DNA from: a virus | IMG/VR virus record: IMGVR_UViG_3300000154_000010 | Direction: 5' to 3' (one strand) | DNA length: 52,202 nucleotides | Shown: positions 1-9,216 of the stretch, in pieces | Position numbering within the stretch: position 1 is the first letter of the stretch | Layout: the number at the start of each line of letters is the position of its first letter | Translations under genes and position numbers: made by a program | Notes under the pieces: generated by a model | What the model saw: the letters and a program-made list of their open reading frames with translations, nothing else | Told to the model about the DNA's origin: nothing | The model's database searches: none

Positions 1-1266
1 TTCATTTACGGATTCTAATTTTTTAGTTCTATCATATTTTTTTATAAAATCTTTAAAGAATTTTTCTGCTTTATCGTGTTTATTAACATTTCCTGGCATA
101 TCAATATATTTTGTTACTTCACCTTTTTTACCATGAAAGACAATATAATATTTGTTATTACCACTATAATAAGACATTTGATTACCATCTGCAGTATAAT
201 CAGTTCTACCATAAACATCTTTTGAATTCTTTTTAACTTTCGTCAAAATACTTCCTGACAATCCTTCATTTACGGATTCTTTAACTACTCTCATTCCAAC
301 TTCGTGATATTTATCTGAATTAATTAATTTATTGTAAAGAATAACTCCTGCTCTTTTAGATTTAGCTTTTTTCACAATTTTTTCTTTACCATTTTCATCA
401 GCAACATATACTTCCCATTCAGAGTTTTTGTAATCTTCTGTAAGTTTTGTTTCATTTATAGATTCACTCATTTCATGCTTAGAAAGTTTATTAACTTTTT
501 TCAAAAGTGATTTCGCCTTTGATTTATTATCTGTTTTCAATGCAACCATCGCATCCCAAAGTGGGGTGGCTATATTATGATAATTCACATCTTCAAGAGA
601 ATGATGTAGTAATAATAATCTTTCTTCATCCATTCTCCAATCTACACTCATACCCCATTTTAGCATACCTTCATAATCAAAATCTTTACTCCATGAATCA
701 CCGAGTTTATATCTTTTAGCTTCATTTACGGATTCTTTCTTATATTTACCAATGGCCAATCTAAATTGACCGGTTCCACCTAAATTCACTATTTTACCTT
801 GTTTTTCAAGTCGTTTAGTGGCTCTAATATGTGCCTTCAATTCTTTAGAATCTGCCCCTCTACTATCTGGACCCATACCGAATGATGCGGCGTATAAATC
901 TGCGTCTGTTGGATGTTCTTTATCATTTTGGTGTTTTTTGAGATAATCTAATATATCTTTTTCATACACACCTTCATTTACGGATTGTAATTCTTCTCTA
1001 ATTATTTTACGGAGTGTATTACGTGATACCGTTTCTTTTTTCAATCTACTCTTTGTTGCCCCATTTACGGATTCTTCAAAGTATCCCTTTTGTCTTAAAT
1101 CTTCTTTACCCTTTTCAAGAGATTTTTTGTTTTTATGGATTTGCAGATCCCAAAAATCACTTCCGTCAGTATGTTTTGATTTACCGTTATGGAAACTGAT
1201 AACGTATTTAGCTCTACCTATATTATGTCCGATTCTAAATCTTTTTTGGCCTTCATTTACGGATTC
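1..1266 (-). repeat. Dispersed 15-nt repeat GAATCCGTAAATGAA (ESVNE), 4 exact and 3 variant copies
   Basis: ttcatttacggattc on + at 1-15, 265-279, 721-735, 1252-1266; variants at 451-465 (ESINE), 973-987 (QSVNE), 1060-1074 (ESVNG). Confidence 0.95.
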
Positions 1267-1737
1267 TTTTTTCAATCTGCTCTTTTCGGCTCTACCTCGA
1301 TTTTTTGATTCTGATTCAAATCCCACAATTTTTCCTCCCTTATGTGATGCATCTTTACCATCACCATTTCCATAAGTACCTTTCTTACGATTGTACTTAT
1401 TTAATTCAGCTCTATACTTTTTAGATTTAGTGGATGAACCATACTTTGCGTATTCTTTTTTGTAATCCCTCTCCGTTCCACGAGAATCTTTTTTCTTGGT
1501 TTCTTTTATATCACTTGTACCTGAAAGTTTATATCCCAAGACTTCGGCATTCTTTTTTCGTTGGTCATTCCACTCATCTGTGAATCCACCATCGTATTTT
1601 TCAAGTTCTTCTCGTACCATATCACTAAGATAGGCTGATAATCTTGATTTATATTCGTCCACAGGTTCTTCCTTATGTTTTACCCAAACTGGGTGTTCTT
1701 CACCACTATATGGTCAAGTGTGATGACCAGGTTTCAT
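1..1737 (-). CDS. Modular ESVNE-linker polyprotein-like ORF, runs off the left edge; in-frame TGA at codon 8 (1714-1716)
   Basis: Manual translation: ATG at 1737 overlaps the TAA of the upstream gene (TAATG); MKPGHHT*PYSGEEHPVW..., then I found no further stop to position 1 (579 codons). Absent from the ORF track because it has no in-window stop. Next in-frame ATG is 1620, with no obvious RBS. Seven E/Q-S-V/I-N-E/G linkers, all in frame. Confidence 0.85.
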
Positions 1738-1997
1738 TATCTAATATACTTTTTAAGTGATTTTACAAAATCGTTTTTTGCACCACCACCAAACTCTGTT
1801 TTAATTAGAAATGCAACACCTCGTGCAACTTCATCTAAACTAACACTACCACCACCTTTTTTCTCGGCCTTTTTGAATCCACCCAATACACCTTTGTATA
1901 CCCAAGTCCAAAGAGATTCATTTTCTTCGTTTAGTTTTTCATCAAGACGGAATTCTCTCCATTTCTTGTTCATTTCGTATATTTGTCTATCTTTCAT
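1737..1997 (-). CDS. Hypothetical protein (86 aa)
   Basis: ORF track; coupled to neighbours; contains KLNEE. Confidence 0.7.
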   Translation of the reverse strand: MKDRQIYEMNKKWREFRLDEKLNEENESLWTWVYKGVLGGFKKAEKKGGGSVSLDEVARGVAFLIKTEFGGGAKNDFVKSLKKYIR

Positions 1998-1998
1998 G

Positions 1999-2238
1999 TT
2001 ATAATCCCTTTTTAACTAATCTAACGTATCTTGCTAATTCATTAGCCTCAATACCAAGTGCAGTAACTACTTGACCTAAAATGGCACCAATTTTCTTTTT
2101 GTTTAAATTTGCACCTTTTGTGGCTTCGATAAACTTATTCATATGTCGTTTTACTTGTGCTGGGATTGGAGCGTCAAATGCATCACCTTCCTCAGATACT
2201 ATTTCTCTAATCATTTCTCTTAATTGTGTTTTTGTCAT
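1999..2238 (-). CDS. Hypothetical protein with TKTQLRE-type leader
   Basis: Starts MTKTQLREMIREIVSEE; GGAG RBS upstream. Confidence 0.8.
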   Translation of the reverse strand: MTKTQLREMIREIVSEEGDAFDAPIPAQVKRHMNKFIEATKGANLNKKKIGAILGQVVTALGIEANELARYVRLVKKGL

Positions 2239-2240
2239 TG

Positions 2241-2855
2241 TTACTCTCCTCTAATAATGTCGTTAATAATTTCTTCTACTTTACAGTATTTGTTACACGT
2301 TCTACCATCTTCTACTTTCTCTACTCCTTCTTTAAGTGGATATAAAAATGCACCGTGTGTGCTTGGATTACTGACAAAATCAAATGCAATTAACTCAAAA
2401 TCATCTCCTACTTGTTGACCATCACCCTCCTTTAGTGGTTCTACTGAACCCATACCTCTTGACGAAATACCTAATTTTATTCCTGCCTTAAATAATTCCG
2501 TTAGAATATTTCCTGATGGTGTCCCTAATACTTCTACTGTTCCTACTAAGTTTTTTCCTTCCCAATGCATTTCAGTAATATTGTGAGATACATTTTGTAA
2601 ATTTACCACGGATGATTCTGGATGGTCTAATTCACCCATTGCTCGTTTTTGATTAATAAATCCTTCAGAATATTTCGTTGCTTCACGAGCTAATATCTTG
2701 CCTGGATAAACTCTACCATTCTGGTTTTTTGCATCTGCTCGCTGTAATACTCCATGCACTACGAGACGACCCTGATTAGTTTTTAGTGATTCAGTTATTT
2801 GTTCCCGTGAAATTTCAAACGGGAGATAATCGACAATCAACTGCCTATTACTCAT
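2241..2855 (-). CDS. gp21: T4-like prohead core protease
   Basis: Motifs GVLQRADAKNQNGRVYP, GELDHPES, GISSRGMGS, FDFVSNPSTHGA typical of gp21-family proteases. Confidence 0.93.
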   Translation of the reverse strand: MSNRQLIVDYLPFEISREQITESLKTNQGRLVVHGVLQRADAKNQNGRVYPGKILAREATKYSEGFINQKRAMGELDHPESSVVNLQNVSHNITEMHWEGKNLVGTVEVLGTPSGNILTELFKAGIKLGISSRGMGSVEPLKEGDGQQVGDDFELIAFDFVSNPSTHGAFLYPLKEGVEKVEDGRTCNKYCKVEEIINDIIRGE

Positions 2856-3181
2856 TATATTCTCCTATTGATAATTCTATCATGTAATTCCGTGAAATTG
2901 TAACTTGATTTTTTTGATTCTGTAATTGATCTGTATTGTTTTCCGTTTACTGTGATTTCAGCACCATCGTCTACCTTAGCATCCTGTACTTTTTGTCTTG
3001 TTGAATGAGATTTAGTGTAAGTTGGTTGGTCTGCTCTATCTAAATCATCCCACCAATCTTCTTCTAATTTATTTATTTGATGTCGTTTCATTACATCTTC
3101 AAATGTAGGTAGTGGATCACCAAATTCCCTCTTTACAAAAAATCTCTCATAATTTTCTTGTAATATGTGTTTTTTTGTCAT
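2855..3181 (-). CDS. Hypothetical protein with FGDPLPT module
   Basis: Shares N-terminal (KREFGDPLPTFEDVMK..EDWWDD) and C-terminal (I.GKQ.R.I.E) motifs with 3191-3967. Confidence 0.8.
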   Translation of the reverse strand: MTKKHILQENYERFFVKREFGDPLPTFEDVMKRHQINKLEEDWWDDLDRADQPTYTKSHSTRQKVQDAKVDDGAEITVNGKQYRSITESKKSSYNFTELHDRIINRRI

Positions 3182-3190
3182 TTTAATCTC

Positions 3191-3967
3191 CTATCTCTTA
3201 AATCTTTTGTAAAACTCTGAAAATTCATATTTTGATTTTGGTTCTTTTTCCACTTCACTAATTCTACGAAACTGTTTTCCATCAATCATAAGTGTTTCTT
3301 GGTTTAATTCATTACCAGTTCTGGGGGATTTGGCACCAACTACCTTCTCCATGCGTCCGAGTTCTCTCCTACTTTTTCTAAATTCTTCTCTATCATCATC
3401 AACAATTGATTGAATCCTTGATATTTCTTCTTCATCACCCGTTTCTTTTGCATCGTCCAACTCCCCCTTTGAAAAAGTAAGGTTTTCTTCGGCGGTATCA
3501 TAATCATCTTCAATTTTTTCCTGATTAGCAGTATAATATGTTTTACGAGATGCAACGAATTCTTTTCTATCACCATCAACAATTGATTGAATCCTTGATA
3601 TTTCTTCTTCATCGCCCATTGCTTTTGCATCGTCCAACTCCCCCTTTGAAAAAGTAAGGTTTTCTCCAGCAGTAGCATAATCATCTTTAATTTTTTGTGG
3701 GTCTAATTTTTCTTCACCACTTGGTCCTTCACCACTCGGTTCTTCACCACCATCATCATCATCAGCTTGTTGTGCTTGTTTTGAACCTGGATGGGCTTTT
3801 ATATATTGTGCCTGTGCTGATGCATCCATATCATCCCACCAATCTTCTTGTAATTTACTTTCTTGATGTTGTTTCATTACATCTTCAAGTGTTGGAAGTG
3901 GATCACCAAATTTTCTTTTTGTGAATCCAGGTGTACTTTCGTTTATTAATTTTTTTAATTTTATCAC
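3191..3967 (-). CDS. Hypothetical protein with MIKLKKLINE leader, FGDPLPT module and internal tandem repeat
   Basis: GTG start; acidic; 59-aa-period internal duplication. Confidence 0.85.
   Translation of the reverse strand: MIKLKKLINESTPGFTKRKFGDPLPTLEDVMKQHQESKLQEDWWDDMDASAQAQYIKAHPGSKQAQQADDDDGGEEPSGEGPSGEEKLDPQKIKDDYATAGENLTFSKGELDDAKAMGDEEEISRIQSIVDGDRKEFVASRKTYYTANQEKIEDDYDTAEENLTFSKGELDDAKETGDEEEISRIQSIVDDDREEFRKSRRELGRMEKVVGAKSPRTGNELNQETLMIDGKQFRRISEVEKEPKSKYEFSEFYKRFKR
3380..3691 (-). repeat. Intragenic direct repeat, two copies of about 135 nt, period 177 nt
   Basis: IKDDYATAGENLTFSKGELDDAKAMGDEEEISRIQSIVDGDRKEF vs IEDDYDTAEENLTFSKGELDDAKETGDEEEISRIQSIVDDDREEF; aacaattgattgaatccttga at 3401 and 3578. 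Confidence 0.95.
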
Positions 3968-3968
3968 A

Positions 3969-4349
3969 TTACTTCTCCGTTTTCATAAAATCATATTCTT
4001 GATTTTTAAAAATTTGTTCAAATTCATCTACATAATCTTTTGCTAACATAATTCTTTGTCTCTTTGGAAATATGTCTCTATCGTTTCCACCGAACTCTTT
4101 AACATACTTCTTAGCTCCATCATTGACAAGATATACAAATCCTTTCATGGCTAATGATGAATTATACTTTCCCTTTTGTTTCTTTTTAGATAAATTCTTT
4201 AATATTGGAATATATGTACCATTATATAAACGAGAATCATTATCAATGTAGAGTTTTAATTCTTCCATTTCACCAGAAAGACTGCGTTCAGTTAATAGTT
4301 GAATTTCTTCTTTGATTATTTCTCTTAATTGTGTTTTGGTTATTTTCAT
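3969..4349 (-). CDS. Hypothetical protein with MKITKTQLREIIKEE leader
   Basis: Leader, then LLTE, then a distinct domain. Confidence 0.85.
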   Translation of the reverse strand: MKITKTQLREIIKEEIQLLTERSLSGEMEELKLYIDNDSRLYNGTYIPILKNLSKKKQKGKYNSSLAMKGFVYLVNDGAKKYVKEFGGNDRDIFPKRQRIMLAKDYVDEFEQIFKNQEYDFMKTEK

Positions 4350-4360
4350 TTTATTTGTTC

Positions 4361-4639
4361 CTATATACCATCGACATTAAATTTTATACCACTTCCTTTT
4401 AGGGCTTTATAAATTTTATCGGCTACACTTTTATCAATATAACCACTAAAATCAAAAAAAGTTGAAGTTTTTTCATATTTAACATTTGGAAACTGTTTCT
4501 TTAATAGTGATGATATTTTTATACTTTGTATAGAATTTTTAGCATCAATAGCAAAATTTGAATTATTTTCTATAAGATAAATTTCTTCTCTAATTATTTC
4601 TTTTAATTGTGCTTTAGTTAATTCCAATAATGTCTTCAT
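4361..4639 (-). CDS. Hypothetical protein with TKAQLKEIIREE leader variant
   Basis: MKTLLELTKAQLKEIIREEIYLIE; ATGA-coupled. Confidence 0.8.
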   Translation of the reverse strand: MKTLLELTKAQLKEIIREEIYLIENNSNFAIDAKNSIQSIKISSLLKKQFPNVKYEKTSTFFDFSGYIDKSVADKIYKALKGSGIKFNVDGI

Positions 4640-4878
4640 TTCATTTTCCCTATTATTTTAGTCAGCCGAGATATCATATCCAACATCCCAGGTACAGATC
4701 TATAGTATTTTTCAGCCCATCCTTCTACTTTACCTTTATATTTAGTTGCATTGAAAATCTCATTTCTCAACGTATTCAACCCATCAACTAACATCTTAGG
4801 TGCATCATCGGGATCTATATAAGCTTCAGTTACTTCTTCTTTGATTATTTGTCTTAATTGTGTTTTAGTTATTTTCAT
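4636..4878 (-). CDS. Hypothetical protein with MKITKTQLRQIIKEE leader
   Basis: Leader motif; ATGA overlaps at both ends. Confidence 0.85.
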   Translation of the reverse strand: MKITKTQLRQIIKEEVTEAYIDPDDAPKMLVDGLNTLRNEIFNATKYKGKVEGWAEKYYRSVPGMLDMISRLTKIIGKMK

Positions 4879-5063
4879 TTTGATTTCCCCATCATTATTT
4901 CATGTCTTAACTTTTCAAGTTTCTTAATCCACTTATTTAGTGAATCAATCATATAATTCTTATTTATATCTTTGTTTTGTATTTCGGTGTGCCATCGTTT
5001 TAATAAAGTAGAAATACTAAACAAAGAGTCCAAATAGGACTTTTTATTTTCTGTAAAGGGCAT
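4875..5063 (-). CDS. Hypothetical protein (62 aa)
   Basis: ORF track; ATGA-coupled to the next gene. Confidence 0.7.
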   Translation of the reverse strand: MPFTENKKSYLDSLFSISTLLKRWHTEIQNKDINKNYMIDSLNKWIKKLEKLRHEIMMGKSK

Positions 5064-5071
5064 TTTAGGCC

Positions 5072-5668
5072 TTAATACAGTTTCCCAATTTTATTGGATA
5101 ATTTCACCAATTTTTCACTAATCTTGCCCATGGCTTTGTGAGTGTTTTTCCAGTAGCTTCTGGAATCAATGGACAGCTCGGTTTTTAGTTTGACATTCAT
5201 CTTAACTAACTTATCTAACTCATTTAGTTTATCACGGACTTCTCTCATTGACTGACCAATTTTTTGTTTAGCACTCATCGATTCATCATTTCTGTAATCA
5301 TGATACTTTCCCTCTCTTACTTTTGATTTGTGATTTTTCATGATACCAGCTAAAGTTGGAAGTGGATCACCGAATTTCCTGTTGGTAAATCCTGGAGTTT
5401 TTGATTCGTTTATAGACTCTTTTCTCAATTTTGGGTTCTTTGTGACATATAAACCAGTTCCACGAGTTGGTTCTTCGTGACCTTTCGTGTATCCAGCCTT
5501 TCCTTTTTTAGTACCCTTTTTATTACTACCACTGAAAGCGTGTGGTGTATTATAACTACCACCTACACTTGCAGTTGAATTTGCCTCATCTAATTCTTGT
5601 TTAATAAGTTCACGGACGAGTTTTCGTATTAGACTTTCCCTATTTAACGACATTTCTAAGTTCTCCAA
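5072..5668 (-). CDS. Hypothetical protein with ESINE linker and FGDPLPT module (start may be 5653)
   Basis: LIRKLVRELIKQELDE, KLRKESINE, TPGFTNRKFGDPLPT. Confidence 0.8.
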   Translation of the reverse strand: MENLEMSLNRESLIRKLVRELIKQELDEANSTASVGGSYNTPHAFSGSNKKGTKKGKAGYTKGHEEPTRGTGLYVTKNPKLRKESINESKTPGFTNRKFGDPLPTLAGIMKNHKSKVREGKYHDYRNDESMSAKQKIGQSMREVRDKLNELDKLVKMNVKLKTELSIDSRSYWKNTHKAMGKISEKLVKLSNKIGKLY

Positions 5669-6506
5669 TAAGTGAATAATATCTCATTAGTGATACAACC
5701 TGCTTATCTCTAACAATTTTACCTTTTGTTAGAGTATCAGCTTGTGCTATAGATTCTTTTAACTTAATTTTAGTAATTTTATCAGTAATCTTTGGTAGTG
5801 ATTTAGTCAAAATCTCTTTTACCTTTTTAACTTCACCGTTGATAAATTCTCTTAATGAATTTGTATTAGAAATGTTATTTACATATTCTTTTAATAGATT
5901 TCGTTGCATTGAATTAAGAGTTTTATATTTACCATTAAAATTATCCACCATTAACTGATAAGACAACAATCGTAAATCTGTATCTTCTTTTTTGAATTCA
6001 GCAAGAGTTTTATTGTCTGTATTTCTCGGTTTTGTTTTATTTCGTGTGATGTGTTCCATTATAGTAAATGTACTATTTACTTCATCTGCTGGATCAAATA
6101 CCGGAGTAGTTTCTGCAAGAAATGACTTATATATTGAAGCATATACCTTGTAATTAGGTATTCTCACATTAAAAAAATCTTCTACTTTATAATTTTCTTT
6201 AATTTTCTTAATTAAATTATATTTTTCAGTTCGTAATTTTTTGTTCTGTAGTTTTTCCCTTGACTTTAAAACTACTTCAAGTAATTTTTCAGCTTTCCGT
6301 GGTGAATTATAATTTTCCTTTAATAAAACTTGATAGAGTTGATTCTCTTTACCTAACTCCGTTCCCTCATTGAAAAATTTCTTTAAAATTTCAACTGATT
6401 TGCTTTTCGCATTATCATTCATCACGTCTACTGTGATCTGACGAGATAGTAATTCGAAAAGTATCCCAGTATTCTTAATTTTACTATGACGTACTCTTTG
6501 ACTCAT
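5640..6506 (-). CDS. Hypothetical protein, probable head-assembly component
   Basis: 288-aa helical, basic ORF directly downstream of the portal gene with its own RBS; function inferred from position only. Confidence 0.55.
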   Translation of the reverse strand: MSQRVRHSKIKNTGILFELLSRQITVDVMNDNAKSKSVEILKKFFNEGTELGKENQLYQVLLKENYNSPRKAEKLLEVVLKSREKLQNKKLRTEKYNLIKKIKENYKVEDFFNVRIPNYKVYASIYKSFLAETTPVFDPADEVNSTFTIMEHITRNKTKPRNTDNKTLAEFKKEDTDLRLLSYQLMVDNFNGKYKTLNSMQRNLLKEYVNNISNTNSLREFINGEVKKVKEILTKSLPKITDKITKIKLKESIAQADTLTKGKIVRDKQVVSLMRYYSLIGELRNVVK

Positions 6507-6539
6507 AATTTAACTCCTAAATAAGTATATTTCTTCATC

Positions 6540-6547
6540 TATAAATA
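6540..6547 (-). promoter_or_regulatory. Putative late-promoter motif TATTTATA (coding strand)
   Basis: In the 6507-6563 intergenic gap, upstream of an AGGAG RBS; same octamer in three other gaps. Confidence 0.5.
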
Positions 6548-6563
6548 TAAAAACTTCTAATAA

Positions 6564-8423
6564 TCAATCATTTATTTCGTTACTTAACGATGATGATAAT
6601 TCATTTTTATATTCTTCTTCTACATCACTAGCTTCAAATAAAATCTTCCTATCTTCTTTACCAATTTTACCTAAACTTTTCTTTAATGTATCGTAGTGTG
6701 CTAATGCGAGTCCATATTTCGGACTACCACTACTTGCCTTTCTTTTATCATGTGACCCTAATGGATCACGACCTCTGATACTCGAATCTTTACCATATTT
6801 TGGACCTTCTTTTGGACGACCACTTCCTGGCCAACCGTCGTCTGGCATTTCCATATCTAATTCTTTTCCGGTTCTCCCAAATGGACTACCACCACCTTGT
6901 TGATCTTGACCTACCATAGCACCTTGAGTTCCAACTGCTTCCTCACTTTGAACTGGGTCATTTCCCTCTTGTTCTATCTGATCCCATCTGAATTTACGTT
7001 TTTGGTCTTTAATAATACCGAGTCTAACATTCTTCTTCTCTTCTTCTGTAAACTTGAAAATGTTATTGTAAATCCATTCTGTATCTGCTATTTTGGAGTC
7101 CATCATACTTGACGCAAGACTTTGTTTGTTGTTCCATAACTCTATCTTTTCTTCTTCGTATATTGTGGATGGGTTTGTAAGTTTCAATTCAAAATTGACT
7201 AGGTCAGCGTCAGTATAACCTTGTGCATATAAATGAACGATACCAATTTTAGTTAATTCACTTGTTACTATTCGTTGGAGTCGTTCTATTGTTCTTGCGA
7301 AACGAACATCTTCGGCTGCAAGAGTAGCTTTTCCACTTACGTTTTCATCATAACCAAGAAATGGTTTTGGGATTTTTAATGCTGCTAGGAGTTTATTTCT
7401 CAAATACTCTATATCGTCCACAGCTTCGTATGTAAGACCACTTAAAGTTTCTATTGACGTTCCACTATCGCCACCACGAACAGGGATAAAAAAGTCCTCT
7501 GTAAGATTTTGGATGTTGTATTTTAAATTGTAATCACCAGTTGCTGTATCCATAACTGGAGCTTTCTTCATTTTATTTGTAACTTTTTGCATGAAGTTAT
7601 CAACTTCTGCAGGTGGGATGTTTCCAATGTCAAATTTGAAAATTCTCTTTTCTGGTGCTCTCATAATACGATGGATTAACATAGCGTCTTCCATAAGTGA
7701 AAGTTGTTTCCAGATTTTACGACCACCTTCAATCATACTTTTACCATAAGGTAGGAAATTTGAATCTGATAGTAATCTGAAATGTGCCATTTCATAATTT
7801 TCCAATTCTTTGTTGCCATTCATATTTGAACTATGTCTCGCGTCACCGTGCTCCACTACGAACTGTGTCATGTATGGATTATCTGGATCTTCACCCTCTA
7901 TACGAGTAACATCATACGCTGAAAGTGGTACTATATTTGTAATGCCATATTTTTCCTTAATATCCAAATAAAGATAGAAGTCACCGTATTTGCACATATT
8001 ACGAACCCATGGCCAGAGATTGAATTCTATATTCAAAACATCGTAATATAAATTATGTAATATATCATGAATATTTTCATTTTCAGATCTAATTTCTAAC
8101 ACTTTACCATATTCGGATCGTAACGTACTTTCATCAGCATAAATATCCAATGCACTTGACAGGATTGCGTCATTATCCATTTCTTCATAATCTTTGAATA
8201 ATCCAAGACGTTGTGCTTGGAAACTAATTGCTTGAGCGTGTCCATATCCACCAGTTGTTAAATTGGTGTGTATTCTGGACCATCTGTCCACAAGACTGTT
8301 TCTTGTAGCGTTCTGAACTTGGTTTGTATCAGCAATTTTTAACTTTTTACCACCAGCGTGTCTAACGATAGCATTTGTGCTGAATAATCGGCGGAGACGG
8401 CTCCGTAAACTTTTATCTGCCAT
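6564..8423 (-). CDS. gp20: T4-like portal protein
   Basis: ALDIYADE, WVRNMCKYGD, EDAMLIHRIMRAPEKRIF, EDFFIPVRGG, YLRNKLLAALKIP, EDVRFARTIERLQ. Confidence 0.96.
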   Translation of the reverse strand: MADKSLRSRLRRLFSTNAIVRHAGGKKLKIADTNQVQNATRNSLVDRWSRIHTNLTTGGYGHAQAISFQAQRLGLFKDYEEMDNDAILSSALDIYADESTLRSEYGKVLEIRSENENIHDILHNLYYDVLNIEFNLWPWVRNMCKYGDFYLYLDIKEKYGITNIVPLSAYDVTRIEGEDPDNPYMTQFVVEHGDARHSSNMNGNKELENYEMAHFRLLSDSNFLPYGKSMIEGGRKIWKQLSLMEDAMLIHRIMRAPEKRIFKFDIGNIPPAEVDNFMQKVTNKMKKAPVMDTATGDYNLKYNIQNLTEDFFIPVRGGDSGTSIETLSGLTYEAVDDIEYLRNKLLAALKIPKPFLGYDENVSGKATLAAEDVRFARTIERLQRIVTSELTKIGIVHLYAQGYTDADLVNFELKLTNPSTIYEEEKIELWNNKQSLASSMMDSKIADTEWIYNNIFKFTEEEKKNVRLGIIKDQKRKFRWDQIEQEGNDPVQSEEAVGTQGAMVGQDQQGGGSPFGRTGKELDMEMPDDGWPGSGRPKEGPKYGKDSSIRGRDPLGSHDKRKASSGSPKYGLALAHYDTLKKSLGKIGKEDRKILFEASDVEEEYKNELSSSLSNEIND

Positions 8424-9204
8424 AACTTATATTACTCCTATTTAATTTAATTCGTATAACATCATATCCTAAACTTTCAAGATATGTTTGTCGTTTTATA
8501 TCCTTCTTTCTTAATTCACCATTCTTAAAATGATGACTTTCATCAACTTCTATAATTGTTTTTCTATTTTCATCTAATCCATCTGGATAATATCCACCTA
8601 TTCTTACTTCACCACCATTTTCTGCGTGTTGGAAGTTGTAGCCGTTTTCTTTTCCGTAGTTTTCTATTATTTTACAGGCGTCTGGGTTGTAGTTTGGTAT
8701 CAATTGACCTCCATTTAATTCAGTTCGTTCAATTCTTCTTATGGCAGATATTCTTTGTTTTTTCTTTGTTTTTTCTGTATGAATGTTTCCAGTATTTGCA
8801 ATACTTAATTTTTTTCTTGTTTCGTTACTCACTTCATGACCCATTCTTAATTTACTAAATTCTGGACGTTTCTTTCCATAAAATGGATTATTTTTTCCAG
8901 ACATTGATATACTTATATTTTTTATATGATCTTCAGATAAAATTCTACCTTTCTGTGAGCAACTCCTACACAAACTTTCATTTTTGATTGCTAAGTCTCG
9001 TCTATATTTGGTAGTATGTAAAACTTCCACAATACATTTTGGACAAAATCTCTCATATTTTTTTTCATTTAAAATTTTCATTTTTCCAATGTGAGAACAC
9101 GAATTGCAATTAGAATTTATTTTATTTGAATAAGTATATCCAGACGTACTTGTATAAGTTAATTTTTTATTACAAGTTGGACAATTTCTTTTATATTCTG
9201 CCAT
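8413..9204 (-). CDS. Putative free-standing homing endonuclease (CxxC ribbons, NUMOD3-like repeats, Vsr/DUF559-like PD-(D/E)xK C-terminus)
   Basis: Four CxxC pairs; MSGKNNPFYGKK, SNETRKKLS, HTEKTKKK repeats; YYPDG..IIEVDESHH..D..R..YL...GY.VIRI. Confidence 0.8.
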   Translation of the reverse strand: MAEYKRNCPTCNKKLTYTSTSGYTYSNKINSNCNSCSHIGKMKILNEKKYERFCPKCIVEVLHTTKYRRDLAIKNESLCRSCSQKGRILSEDHIKNISISMSGKNNPFYGKKRPEFSKLRMGHEVSNETRKKLSIANTGNIHTEKTKKKQRISAIRRIERTELNGGQLIPNYNPDACKIIENYGKENGYNFQHAENGGEVRIGGYYPDGLDENRKTIIEVDESHHFKNGELRKKDIKRQTYLESLGYDVIRIKLNRSNISYGR

Positions 9205-9216
9205 TTTACCCTCTTA

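Noticed and set aside
1-1266. ESVNE repeats as a CRISPR array
   Set aside because: Repeats are only 15 nt, spacing is irregular (87-270 nt), all copies are in one open frame, and no cas genes are seen.
1682-1716. Selenocysteine insertion at the TGA
   Set aside because: The downstream hairpin is only 5 bp, unlike a bacterial SECIS, and the context is not a redox motif.
3340-3684. Minus-strand alternative-frame ORFs (also 24765-24968 and 47925-48134)
   Set aside because: Nested in better-supported genes; the first only mirrors the tandem repeat.
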